A DNA stretch of 64,000 nt from Eledone cirrhosa (taxonomy: Eukaryota). Positions within the stretch are counted from its first letter, which is position 1. Each line of letters opens with the position of its first letter. Below the pieces are notes generated by a model, which saw only the letters and a list, made by a program, of their open reading frames with translations, was not told where the DNA came from and searched no databases. Positions 1-12,055 of the stretch are shown one piece after another. The stretch spans positions 374,480,001 to 374,544,000 of the forward strand of contig OZ024740.1 of the NCBI GenBank assembly GCA_964016885.1, read 5' to 3'. The position numbers and the translations under genes were made by a program.

Positions 1-690
1 GCACAATCTATATCTATTTTCAAATAATGGCTACGCTCTTGTTTGCACTGAAGAGAGACCTGACATATATACACATACATACATTTTTGGAAACATATTA
101 TAGTCAGATTGGGCTACATCAGGAGAATCAGGAGGGGATCAACCAGATTAAAGCCAACGACACACACAGAAGTCATTAAAACCAATGACCTGTGTGCTGG
201 AGCATTGTCTTGCCTTGGGGTTTTTCTGGATGGCTGTTTGTAACTCCTCAGTAAGTTGGGTTAGCATTCCCTATTGATGACGGAGCTTGAACAATGTCAG
301 AGTTTGTCCTGATGTGATCAAAGTGGTGAGCATTTGAGATGGTGTCAACAAACGTGGGAGGCTCTAAAGATAAATCTTTGTCATGCCAAGATCATGGTGC
401 AGATTATTCTCAATTTCCTCGCGAGATATGCGTATAACAATGATTATTTGATTGGTAGTGAATAGTCTCTCATTCGTCACCATTTGGTGAAAATGTTCAA
501 TGTCTACCACGGTGGTGGAAGTTGCAGTCATTTACAACACTCTTCCATTCCCCACCTAAATTCAGCAGCTTAATTTAGCATGCCTTCCTTTAATGTAGCA
601 TTCGTGTCAGTATCAATGATTTTGTCCAATTGCAAGTGTTATTAGTTAGTTTTTGTTTGTTTTCTTTTGAAATGTCAGATGTCAGTTTAC
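1..690 (-). mobile_element. Degraded mariner (DD34D) transposase relic
   Basis: Minus-strand translation gives mariner motifs in order: EEIENNLHHDLGMTK..SLPRLLTP (WVPRLL-like, ~345-425), QDNAPAH (191-211) and PPDSPDVAQSDYNMFPKM (YSPDLAPSD-like, ~83-136). Stops and deletions are present. Confidence 0.8.
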
Positions 691-719
691 CTGGAGAGAA
701 ACAATGCCGTTATTAATAA

Positions 720-901
720 GTGTTTCTACTTTAGGCACAAGGCAGGCAATAACAGTACATTAGTGGTACTGTATTTTATCGACCCCGTAAGGATGAAAGG
801 CAAAGTTAACCTCGGTGGGATTTGAACTCAGACTGTAACGGGACGTAACTATGCTAGAAAGCAAGGCGTCCAAACCTCTACCGATACTGCCAATTCTCCG
901 C
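720..901 (-). mobile_element. tRNA-derived SINE with 18-bp TSD (octopus-type, MetaSINE-like core)
   Basis: Minus strand shows an A box TGGCAGTATCGG, a B box GAGTTCAAATCC and a core GCCTTTCATCCTTACGGGGTCGATAAAAT. It is flanked by the direct repeat CAATGCCGTTATTAATAA at 702-719 and 902-919. Confidence 0.85.
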
Positions 902-1015
902 CAATGCCGTTATTAATAATAGAAGTTGAAATTATCGCATGCAAGATGTCACACCTCAAGCCTCAATTGTTCATAGTTATCCTACATATATTTCATCACA
1001 CGCTCGTATATATAT

Positions 1016-1133
1016 ATACTTTAAAAATGATAGCGCAAGGTCTTCAAAATGTTTTTAATTAAACATATGGTATATTGCCAAATATACTATACATACATTC
1101 ATGTATACATCGCTATTTCAGAGCACCAATCCT
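1016..1133 (+). repeat. Fragment of ~318-nt HHR repeat family B
   Basis: Reverse complement of 34694-34810. Flanked by (TA)n. Confidence 0.75.
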
Positions 1134-1234
1134 TATATATATATATATATATATGTATATATGTAGTAATAATAAATTTGAAGACTAAAATCCAAAGAGG
1201 GCTCGATAAGGATAAATATATATCAAATGACAAT

Positions 1235-1505
1235 TGAAACCTGGAACTTTACAACTCTTGCAGATAAAGAGCAGGAACTATTGGAATAGGTAGATCCTAC
1301 CGCCTAGATATAGTCGAGCTTTCTTCAAAAAAGCTTTATTGATTATGATTCTGTAGAATAGAATTGGATAGAGGATGGAATTTCATTACTCAGGTGTGAC
1401 TCCAGAAATCACAACACAGCTGAGAGTAGGGTTGCTCACAATTGCCTGGCTGTCAGGATAAGTCTTCGACATGTTCCCATTGGAAGGGAGTATATGCCTG
1501 AAAGA
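1235..1505 (+). mobile_element. RTE-type LINE APE endonuclease fragment (degraded)
   Basis: TWNFTTLADKEQELL...GW..YSGVTPEITTQLRVGLLT aligns with GTWNIIMLTGKEQNL...GWKFCYAGMAPEMTAQAGVVILT at 41436-41777. Confidence 0.65.
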
Positions 1506-1529
1506 CAGCTATATTTACATATATATATT

Positions 1530-1587
<58 letters not shown>

Positions 1588-1848
1588 TCCTTTAACTTAA
1601 ATCTGCCTTTCTAACAAATCATCACCGAACGATTATTTAACACGCTCACAGGATCGATATTTTAAGACGCCCCTTAATAATGGGTTTTTAAACCCGAATA
1701 TATTTTGGATTGTTAAATTTGGTAAGGTAAGATTTTACTGTTATCGTAGAAATCTTAATTTTCTACGCGATTGTATGGTTTTCAAAATTATTTATAATTG
1801 TGTCTTCTATTCAACAATGCTCTAAAGAAAGTACAACATCGTGATTTA

Positions 1849-1920
<72 letters not shown>

Positions 1921-1921
<1 letters not shown>

Positions 1922-2111
1922 CAAAGGAGATGTGGTAAGGACCCAGATGGCCATAACGCACCGGACTACTCAATACTTAGGGTAGTAGAGTGGGAAACAG
2001 GAACAAGTATGACCCCCGATAGCAGAGCTCAAGCCGTTTCGACGGCTATTTCTGGAGTCCAGAAATAGCCGTCGAAACGGCTGGAGCTCTGCCGTGGGGG
2101 TCATATTGTTT

Positions 2112-2113
<2 letters not shown>
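1921..2113. mobile_element. ~190-bp hairpin element derived from the Naiad-A 3' terminus (copy 1)
   Basis: About 75-bp tail arm plus ~58-bp inverted arms centred on CTGGA-G-TCCAG (2057). Flanked by (TA)n. Homologous to 6097-6230. Confidence 0.85.
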
Positions 2114-2158
<45 letters not shown>

Positions 2159-2647
2159 GAGGTAATTCCGAAGAAAAAGCAGCATCTCTGTTTGATGAAC
2201 TATCCAGACGTATAGTAATATTGTCTAGGTTCCAGAAACGTTTGGTAATAGAGTAGTTATATGTTGTGTTGTTCACTTTCTAACTATATATATATATATA
2301 TATATACCTAGACAAAAGGTTAGACAAAAGGGTACCTTTGAGAAACAATTGGTATAATGTCCATATCTATGTAATGATAACAATAAATGCACCAGCTCAT
2401 ATAAAGAATCGCTTCAAATTACATATATATATATACAGAGTGAAGGAGGCACATGTGCCAGAGAGATTAGCTGGCATTACCTTGTATGATATATGGATTT
2501 CAAGTGTTTTACCAACAAAATATGAAACGGAATTTAATGTACTAAGTGTGTTATGTAGATCAACATTATGTTATATTCTTATATACATATTGAAAGAGGG
2601 ATCCGTTTCCATTACATGTGTACATGAATATATATATATATTACATA

Positions 2648-2692
<45 letters not shown>

Positions 2693-2717
2693 TACATATC
2701 TCTCTCTGTCTCTCTCT

Positions 2718-2840
<123 letters not shown>

Positions 2841-2878
2841 ATATTAATAAATGTAAACTATATTTATAAAACCATATT

Positions 2879-2944
2879 TATTTTATCATACATATTTCAA
2901 GGGCAACGAAGGTAAATTATGGTGCGCTCTCATCAGATAAAATA
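2879..2944 (-). ncRNA. Hammerhead ribozyme motif, family C (decayed)
   Basis: rc: UAUUUUAU-CUGAUGA-...-GAAAU-AUGU-AUG-AUAAAAUA. Stem I is intact, but the cleavage triplet is mutated to AUG. Confidence 0.6.
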
Positions 2945-3018
2945 CAGATTTGGTTTATAAATAATTATTGACATACCCGGAAAAAAAGACAACCTTTACA
3001 GTTGGAGCTTCCTGGATA

Positions 3019-3068
<50 letters not shown>

Positions 3069-3109
3069 ATTTATTTATATATATATATATATTTATAGGA
3101 AAAAGTATG

Positions 3110-3204
3110 ATCCCGCCGGCAGAGATCAAGCCGTTTCGACGGCTATTTCTGGACTAAATTGGGATTTTAACCTGATGAATAAGTAGCAGAACTTTTCAAG
3201 GGGT
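3110..3204 (-). ncRNA. Variant HHR family A (3' pLTR copy)
   Basis: rc: ACCCC-UUGAAAA-G..GCUA[loop]UAGC..C-GAAA-CGGC..GCCG-GC-GGGAU. U16.1 is mutated in this copy. Confidence 0.55.
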
Positions 3205-6187
3205 ACTTCCTTATATGGGAAGATTGTAGTTGTCAAGAGGATTGGTTAAAATATGTTGTAATCATGAATAAGTCTATCATGGCATTTGGTGGGTGGTAGG
3301 GGAGGCTGAACTTGCGTGTAGAACAATAGGGGAGTGAGTGGAGCGGTCAAGCGTTGTAAGGGATATGTATACAGATTCTAAGGATAAGGTATGAAGTGGA
3401 GGAGGGAGGTTATAGAATAGGAAAATCGAATGAGAGTAGGAGAGAATAAAAGATAATAGAAATAAATAAAAAAGTATATAAAATTAGATAGTGAGAAATG
3501 AATTAAAAATATCACAATGCTATCTTACAATTACAGGTTAATAAGTTGAGAATAGAAAAAAACTTGTAGAAATTGAGTAGCACGAGAACTGATACAAAAT
3601 TAAAGGGGTTTAACACGTCTGCTATAAGTAGTTAGTAAAACGTATTCGGTCAATTCTATCTTAAAATTGCAGGGGTGGGGGAACTGATGCTACAGAGGCG
3701 GGATGGGCTCCATCGGGGTAGGCGAAGGGGAAAAGCCGACTAGGAAGAAAATATCGGGTGGAAGGAAGTGATAGGATGAGACAGGGGGAAGAAGAAGACA
3801 AAGAGGAAAAGAAAAGAAAAGAAAATAGATACATCTACCTAAGAAAGCTGGGGTGTCCCCTAACTTAATCGGCAAGTAGGGGGTATCAACCGTTGTCTAC
3901 CCACCCGGGTCGTTATGGAGTTTGAGGGCGAGGTAAGTCCTACGCAATCTGTGTTTGCATGCGGTTACCAGGACCTCTTTCTTGTTTAGGAGTTGGACCT
4001 TCGAAAACAGCATTTGTAATGTTTCCTCCGAGCATAAGTTACACGGAAGGCGTCCTCCCGTGTAAGAGTTAGCTTTGGACAGTAAGCTCCAAGTGAGATT
4101 GTAGGTTTTATTATTATCTTTGAGGTCCCACATGTGGCCCGAAAGTGTAGTGGCATGTCGCCGGACCGGGTTTCGGAAAGTGTGTCGGTGTTGGTAGAGC
4201 CCGGTCTTGAAGTCACACGCGGTTAATACTATATAAGCTTTATTTCAGGTGTCCGTCCTCACGTTGCACTGGTAGATCACGTTACGTTCTCGGCATTTGA
4301 GTTGAGGGGGCACGTAGATCTATCAGGACAGTTACACCTACTGGTCGTCTCTCCACTGATGTCTAAGTTATTTCTTCCATAGTGTTTGAGTTTTTGTTGT
4401 TTGATGAGACGATATTTTGTGCGAAGTTAGGTGTGGTACTGTAGGAGAGTTTAATGGTGTTTTTGTTGATTATGTTGTGGTAGCGTTGTTGTAGTGGGAA
4501 GTTGTTTTCGAGGAGTCTAAAGAAGATTTTCCCGATAGGTGTTGCCACATCGGCATTATGGGGGGGGGGGATTGAACCACGTTACGTTGCGTGAGCGGCG
4601 ATGTCGCCTGCTGGATCCGCTAAGGGAAGCTGGATGAAAGGATATTTCCAAACGGAAGCCACTCCGTTTGAGGGCCCGTTTGTAATGAGGCGCGTGTTCA
4701 ACTAATATCTGCTCATTAGCAGACAAACGAGATATGCGGAGGGAGATGCTTTTAACCAGGTTATTGGTGATGGTTCTAGGATGGTTAGAGCGGCGGTGGA
4801 TATAGTGCAGGTTGTCGTTTGGTTTCCTGTATGGGTAGTACAGATCATTTTCGTGGTTATGGGTAAGGTCCAGGAAATTGACTCGGGTCAGGGACGTTTC
4901 TAGGGTGATTTTAAATCCCCAGTCCCGGAAGAAGTTGATTAGTTGTTTACTACTACTGGGGTGTACCCTTTGAGGGTGAGGAGCGCATCACCCTGGAACA
5001 ATCCACCGTCGAATGCAGGAAACATTTCGGTGAGTTTAAATAGTAGGAATAATCCTATAAGATCTGTGACCTCGGCCGAATCCGTCGCGCCCATACTGAC
5101 GTCGAAGGGGGAGTCGGGAGCTCTCTTTATCCACTTAGAGTTGTGGAAAAGAAGGACTGACTTACTGGCGTGGAGAATGATATTTCTTTCCTGCTCAGTG
5201 ATGGGTGTGAGTGTTTCGGCAAAGTCCAAGTCTGCCGTAAGGAGCAGTAAGGTAATAGATGGATAGTAACGCACTATGTCACACTGGATGAATTTCGTGT
5301 CTCGTTTGTCCTCCATATTGCTGAACCATGAGATTACTTCCTGGGTGCTGACCCATAGGCTAAGTCTCACGTTTCGCTTAACTTTTGGTATAACTCGGTC
5401 TAGGATCTTTTTACTGAGTTTCCCTATGTCCGACTTCGTTGGGTTTATAAGCCTAATGGATGGTTTGCGGTCGAAGTCGGCAGAAGAAGGGAGTCCGTGG
5501 GTCTAGGTGTTCAGTGCGGTAGGCGACCCCGAGGCTGGAGGTAATTTGTTGTCCATCTCGATTTATATCTTCGATAATTTAATAGTTAGCCTTTTTTATA
5601 GGTGGTGTTTAGGCTGCTCCTGATCAATGTGTGGTATATGTCAGGGTTGACGAAGTAGACGTTTCGTGTTTTGTCCGAGTGCACAATGATGTCGTTGGTG
5701 TTGTCATACTCTGTAATTTTGCTACGGAGTTGTTCTAGGAATCTGTTGTGTCTGGGTTTTAATTTAATGCTCTTGACCAGGTGGAAAAGGTCGTTCTCGA
5801 AGGGTGAGAGCATAGGGTTCGGAGGGGTAGATTTGTAGGTATTGAATCCGAATCTCTCCTTGGTGTCGAAGTCCTGATTGTCGCGGTATCTATGGTAGAA
5901 AAAAGTTCTCCATCTTAGTTTTTCGCCAAAAGGTCAATTTTTGCGTGAGCATCCGAGGTAAAATTTTATCGGTGGAACTGGGATGTTCTTGGTGGAGAAG
6001 TCGGTGTTGTGTTTTCGCATCGTGCGGGTGAAGAAACTTGAGCTGGGTGGAAAAGCCTGGATATTGCGTGGTAGAGTCGGAAAGTGCTAAATAACAAAGG
6101 AATTGTGGTAAGGGACCAGATAGACCATAACGCACCAGAGTATTCAATATTTAGGGTAGTAGAGTGGGAAATAGGAAAAAAAGTATG

Positions 6188-6284
6188 ACCCCGACGGCAG
6201 AGCTCAAGCCGTCTCGACAGCTATTTCTGTATTAAATTAGAATGTTTAGCCTGGTAAATAAATAGCCAAACTTTTCAAGGGGGT
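6188..6284 (-). ncRNA. Variant HHR family A (5' pLTR copy)
   Basis: rc: ACCCCC-UUGAAAA-G..GGCUA[loop]UAGCU..C-GAGA-CGGC-UUGAGCUCU-GCCG-UC/GGGGU. GAAA is mutated to GAGA. Confidence 0.55.
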
Positions 6285-7705
6285 ACTTCCTTATATGGGA
6301 ATATAGTAGTTGTCAAGAGGATTGGTCAAAATGTGTTGTAAACACAAATAAGTCTATCATGGCATTTGGTGGGAGGTAGGGTGGCTGAACTTGCCTGTAG
6401 AACAATAGAGGAGTGACAGGATGGGTAAATCGTTGAAAAAGATATGTATACAGCAGATTCTAAGGATAAGGTATGAAGTGGAGGAGGGAGGTTATATGAT
6501 AGGTAAATCGAATGAGAGTAGGAAAGAATAAAATATAATAGAAAGAAAGAAAAATATATAAAATTAGATAATGAGAAATGAATAAAGAAATCACAATGCT
6601 ATCTTACAATAGCAAGTTAATAAGTTGAGAATAGAAAAAAACTTGTGGGAAACGACGTCACAGATCTTATTCCTACTATTTAAACCCACCGAAATGTTTC
6701 CTGCATTCGGCGGTGGATTATACCGGGATGATGGGCTCCTCACCTTCAAAGGGTACAACTCCAGTAGTACAGACCGGGGCGGTAAAGAACAAATCAACTT
6801 CTTCCGAGACTGGGGATTTTAAATCACTCTCGAAACGTCCCCTCTAACCCGAGTCAATTTCCTGGACGTAACCCGTTACCTCGAAAATGAACTGTACTAC
6901 CCATACAGGAAACAAAACGACAACATGCACTAAAACCACCGCCGCTCTAACCATCCTAGAAACATCACCAATAACCTGGTTAAAAACATCTCCCTCCGCA
7001 TATCTCGTTTGTCCGCTAATGAGCAGATAATCGATGAACACGCACCTCATTACAACCAGGCCATCAAGCGGAGTGGCTTCCAGGAGGAAATATCCTTTCA
7101 TCCAGCCTCCCTTAGCGGATTCAGCAGGCGACACTGCCGCTCACGCAACGTAACGTGGTTCAATCCCCCCCCCCATAATGCCGCGCTGGCAACAGGAAGC
7201 GTTAGAACGAAAAGTAGAGAGCGTAAAATAACGTAGAAAAGGTGTGCGTACCGCGCTAACCTGCGGAGGTCACGTCTTGTACTTCTGCGTCATATCGTTT
7301 TCCCATACGAAATTCGAAATATAGGGACCTCCAATCACTTCCAATGGTAATTCTATCTCGTGTTATTATGTTTTACACTTTTCCTACGTTCTTTTACGCT
7401 CTCAACTATACCTCTTACATCTATGTTCCCTCTCTCTCTCTCATTATCACCTGATTCTGTTACAGGGAGATTTACGCGTCTGCATTTCATCATTCCACAA
7501 TGCTTCAAGAAAACTTCAACACATTCTCTTATATATCTATATCTATATATGGAGCAGGTTATAGTACTCTTGAAGCATTGTGTAATGAGATATAAACGTT
7601 TGTATATGTATAATAACGCCAAAACAATGCAGATATGGGCATAGAATAAAGAATGCAAATGCAAAAGATATTGTTGACAATTAGTCCTTAGATTTATTTA
7701 AATGT

Positions 7706-7741
7706 CCTTACTCTTCGAGATAATATCTCTTCTTCGGAGGG
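7706..7741 (-). ncRNA. Minimal HHR-like motif with U4C core
   Basis: rc: CCU-CCGAAGA-A-GAGAU-AUU-AUCUC-GAAG-AGUA/AGG. Partner copy at 9595-9629 (+) has GAAA. Confidence 0.5.
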
Positions 7742-9367
7742 AAGTAAAGCGGTTAGACCAGTGTTCTAAATAGCTTGCCAAGTCATTCTGACAGGAAATG
7801 GTATAAAGTATCTGTTCTATCTCTAATGTCAAAGAGTTAAGATTAGGTGGATAAATAGTAGTCTCCCTTTAAAAGGGTTTTTTTTTGTACATGCCTGTTT
7901 AAGTGTGTGGGAGAATTTATGAAGGTGTAAATATGTGAGTGTGTGTGTGTGTGAGTGTGTGAAGATATGTCTATACGTAAATGTGGGGGATAGAGGTTAT
8001 CTCGTGTTAGAACTGGTCTTTGTGTGTGTATGTGTGTGTGAGAGAGAATAAGTGGAGGTGTAAGCGTGTAAGGTGTAAGCGTGTGTGTGTGTTTGTGTGC
8101 GTGCGTGTGTGTGTGGGGGGGTGTAAATATGGGACTAGAAGCTCTATCAAGTTATAAATTGGGTGTTGAGATCTAGTCTATTATTGATTGATGGGTGTAT
8201 TTTCTCTATAATTAGTGCTTCCTTAATTGTAAGATTGCCGAGGTTTCTTTCCTTAGTTTCTATCCTAACTATTATTGTTTTGTCGGGGTTTTTGCATGTA
8301 TCTAGGTGTTTCTTAAATGAGGAAGCGTTAGTATTGAGGTGTTCTTTTATTCTTATGTGGAGTGGTCTGTTGGTGCTACCTACGTAGACGTTGCTGCATT
8401 TGTCACATTCTAGTCTGTATACGACGTAAGCCTGGTGGCATAGGTCTGTGTCATTGATAGGGCAATTGGCTAACCTGCAGCAGTTGTCATGTTTAGTGGA
8501 GTGTCTTTTGGTTAGCTGTCCGCGTAGAGAAGGACCTGAGTGGGCCAGTTAAATATGTAGTCTCTCTCGTCTGATAGCTCTGCGGATGGCTGTTGTTTCG
8601 TCACTGAAGTGTGGGAGCTTTAGGAAGCAAGTGTTAGTGCCTCGGGTGTGGTGTCCTCTGTTCTTTCTGACACGGTTTGTGGTGGATGTCGTGTATCCGT
8701 TCAGTTCGAGTACTTCCGGGAAATGTGTGGTGTGTGTGTCTCGGTCTCCAGCGTCGGTGCATTTGTTCCGGATACATGTTGCAGTTCGTTCCTTATGTAT
8801 CCGAACTTAGCGCCGGCTGGGATGGCCGATCTGAAATGTACGAACAGGTCCACCAGACATGACAACTGCTGCAGGTTAGGCAACTGGCCCATCATCGACA
8901 CAGGCCTATGCCCCCAGGCTTACGTCGTATACAGACTAGAGTGTGACAAATGCAGCAACTTCTACGTAGGTAGCACCACCAGCCACTCCACATAAGAATA
9001 AAAGAATACCTCAATACTAACGCTTCCTCATTTAAGAAACAACTACTTAAATGCAAAAACACCGACAAAACCATTAACAGTTAGGAGAGAAACTAAGGAA
9101 AGAAACCTCGGCAATCTTAGAATTAAGGAAGCACTAATTATAGACAAAACACAAGCACCAATCAATAATAGACTAGAACTCAAGACCCAATTTAAAACTT
9201 GATAGAGCTTCTAGCCCCATATTTACACACATCCCACACACAAACATGCACACACACACGCACACACATTTACACCTCCACTTATTCTCTCTCACACACA
9301 CACGTACACACACAAAGACCAGTTCTAACACGAAATAACATCTATCCCCCACATTTACGTACATTTA

Positions 9368-9403
<36 letters not shown>

Positions 9404-9594
9404 TACTTACACCTTCATAAATTCTCCCACACACTTAAACAGGCATGTACAAAAAAACACTTTTAAAGGGAGACTACACTTTATCCACCTAATCTTAACT
9501 CTTTGACATTAGAGATAGAACAGATACTCTATACCATTTCCTGTCAGCATGACTTGGCAAGCTATTTAGAACACTGGTTTAACTGCTTTACTTC

Positions 9595-9629
9595 CCTCCG
9601 AAGAAGAGATATTATCTCGAAAATTAAGG
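9595..9629 (+). ncRNA. Minimal HHR-like motif with U4C core
   Basis: CCU-CCGAAGA-A-GAGAU-AUU-AUCUC-GAAA-AUUA/AGG in the PLE 3' region. Confidence 0.55.
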
Positions 9630-9743
9630 ACATTTAAATAAATCAAAGTTAAATGACTAATTGTCAACAAAATCTTTTGCATTTGCATTCTTTAGTCTAT
9701 GTCCATACCTGCATTGTTTCGCTTTATTATGCATATACAAACG

Positions 9744-9799
<56 letters not shown>

Positions 9800-9801
<2 letters not shown>

Positions 9802-11558
9802 ACTGTTTAACCTGTTTAACCTGTTTAACCTGGTAAATTAATAGCCAAACTTCTCAGGGGGTAACTCCATATATGGAAAGATAGTAATTCGAAAGACACT
9901 TCCCACTACAACACCGCTACCACAACATAATCAACAAAAACACCACCAAACTCTCCTACAGCACCACACCTAACTTTGCACAAAACATCGTCTCCTCTAA
10001 CAAGAAAAAAATCAACCCGTATGGAACAAATAACCTAGACAGCAGTGGAGAGCCGACCAGGAGGTGTAACTGTCCTGATAGATCCCTTTCCCCCCCACCA
10101 ACAGATGGCTAGATCGTAATGTGATCTACCAGTGCAACGTGAGGACGGACACCTCCATCAAAGCTTATATAGCATTAACCGCTTGTGACTTCAAGATCCA
10201 GCTCTACCTACACAGACATACTTTCCGAAACCCGGCCCGGCGTCATGCCACTACACTTTCGGGCCATATCTGGGACCTCAAAGATAATAATATAACCTAC
10301 AATCTCACTTGGAGCTTACTGTCCAGAGCTAACTCTTACACGGGAGGGCGCCGTCCGTGTAGATTATGCTCGGAGGAAACATTACAAATGCTGTTTTCGA
10401 AGGTCCAACTTCTAAACAAGAAAGACGAACTGGTAACTGCATGCAAACACAGATTGTGTTTGGACTTACCTTGCCCTCAAACCACATAACGACCCGGTGT
10501 GGGGGGGGGGGGGGGATAAGGGCTGAAACATCCCACTTGCAGTGTTTGTAAGGGTAACCCCTGCTTACAAAGGTAGATGTAACTTTTTTTTAATCTTTTC
10601 TTCTATATTCCCTCTTCCCCCATCTCCTCCTAGTCCTTCCACCCCAGATCTCCTTCCTTGTCTTTTTTGTTCACGTTTTCGCCCACCCGCATGCAGCCCA
10701 TCGGTCCTCTGTAGCCTCAGTACCCCACCCCCCTAATGTTAAGATATAATTGGCCGATTACGCTCTTTATAGCAGATGTGTTAGACAGCAGATAATTGCT
10801 TTCTTTCTGGTTGCTGCTCCATTTCCATGGTTTCTAATTTTCTTAGTGGTATTTTTGCGTTTGTATTCTTGTATTAGTATTAATGTATTAGTATTCTGAA
10901 TTAATATTTCGTTTTATTTTGTTCGTATGTTTGTCCACAACTTATTAACCTGTCATTGTAATATAGCATTGGCTGATTACTACTAACTATAGCAGCGGTG
11001 TTAGACCCTCTGTAAAGAGGGCTTTATAAAATGATTTCACTACAATCTTGTATTTAGTATTTTTCTCCACCTATTAAACTTTTCTATAGCTTAGCAATAC
11101 CAATGAGAGATTTGGTGATTGTGGGATGGAGTAGTAACTAGAAATTGTGTTTTATATATTTATGTCCTCATTTTTATAATGGCTTTTTTGTTTACTCCCT
11201 TTCGATCTGCCTATTATTTCAACTTCGCCTCCTCTCCCCTTCTCCAGTAAACCTTTTTCGACCATCTATACACTATCCCTAGAATCTGCTGTATATATTT
11301 CACTTTCAACGCTTGACTGGGTTTCCCCCACTCCCTCTTTGTTCTACCGGCAAGTTCAGCTACCCATACCTCGCTCTAAATGCCATGATAGAATCATCTG
11401 TCTTTTCACCCAATCCTTTTAACAAATACTATCTTCCCATATATGGAATTAACCCCTGAGAAGTTCGGCTATTTATTTACCAGGCTAAAAATTCTTATTT
11501 AGTCCAGAATTAGCCGTCGAAACGGCTCGAACTCTGCCGTCGGGGTCATACTTGTTCC

Positions 11559-11559
<1 letters not shown>
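9800..11559 (+). mobile_element. 5'-truncated Naiad-A copy with inverted pLTR piece
   Basis: 9890-10490 encodes KLSYSTTPNFAQNI and IYQCNV..YIALT..HIWDLKD..CRLCSEE..CKHR. The 3' end matches the rc of 3097-3330. An inverted pLTR piece lies at 9800-9890. (TA)n on both sides. Confidence 0.85.
11452..11546 (+). ncRNA. Variant HHR family A with long loop II
   Basis: ACCC-CUGAGAA-GUU-CGGCUA[~39 nt]UAGCCG-UC-GAAA-CGGC-UCGAACUCU-GCCG-UC/GGGGU. All three stems and a GUC site are present. Confidence 0.65.
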
Positions 11560-11607
<48 letters not shown>

Positions 11608-11778
11608 ATATACGTGGGTGTGTGTATGTGTGTGTGTATCCTTTATATATTCCGTTTAATTCTGCTTCTATTTAATTTCACTTCATTTTTTATATTTATT
11701 TGTATTTCTATTTTTTGCGTCCTTCATATTTTTCCCGCCAACTCCCCCCTCACTGCCTCTTGGACTTCCTCCCCACCA

Positions 11779-11815
11779 CTCTCCTGATGATGGACTTATG
11801 TCCGAAACATCGGAA
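11779..11815 (+). ncRNA. Minimal type I HHR (Penelope pLTR-like)
   Basis: C-CUGAUGA-U-GGAC-UUAU-GUCC-GAAAC-AUC/GG. Canonical core; stems I and III are weak. Confidence 0.65.
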
Positions 11816-11949
11816 ATACACCCCCCCCCACTCTCACCCGGCGTGAAGCTAATAACCCCGTGTACCATTTACTCCTGCTTTTGTTTATTTATTTGTTATT
11901 TCGATTTATCTATATATATTTGTTTGTTTAATATTTTTACACGACAGTA

Positions 11950-12015
11950 TTTAAAATCTCCGGCATGTGTCTTTGTATTGTCCCCTTTTCTTGTGTGCCG
12001 TTGTGGCAAATAAAG

Positions 12016-12018
<3 letters not shown>
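11950..12018 (+). mobile_element. 3' end fragment of L1/Tx1 family
   Basis: TGTCCCC..TTGTGTGCCGTTGTGGCAAATAAAGAAA resembles the terminus at 19838-19876. Confidence 0.5.

Positions 12019-12055
<37 letters not shown>

Larger units (their letters stand above)
3097..7192 (-). mobile_element. Naiad-type Penelope-like element A, near full length, with pseudo-LTRs and a 5' inverted segment
   Basis: Frameshifted minus ORF ~6090-3897: FENDL, CDIVRYYPSI, MGATDSAEVTDLIGL, GGLFQGD (YRDD site), WFNPP, GIY-YIG C-terminus CNLCSEE..CKHR. pLTRs at 3097-3567 and 6172-6646. Inverted RT piece at 6660-7192 (GGLYRDDGL). Confidence 0.9.
7195..9728. mobile_element. Penelope-like element (non-Naiad, C-terminal GIY-YIG) arranged as an inverted repeat
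   Basis: Arms ~7590-8497 (-) and 8853-9728 (+) both encode CCRL.N.PI.DT.LC.QAYVVYRLECDKCSN.YVGST..(R)IKE(H)L...KEALII..INNR. The left arm extends further at both ends. Confidence 0.85.

Noticed and set aside
812-901. tRNA gene
   Set aside because: The A/B boxes belong to a SINE head followed by a SINE core and bounded by a TSD. No complete cloverleaf is evident.
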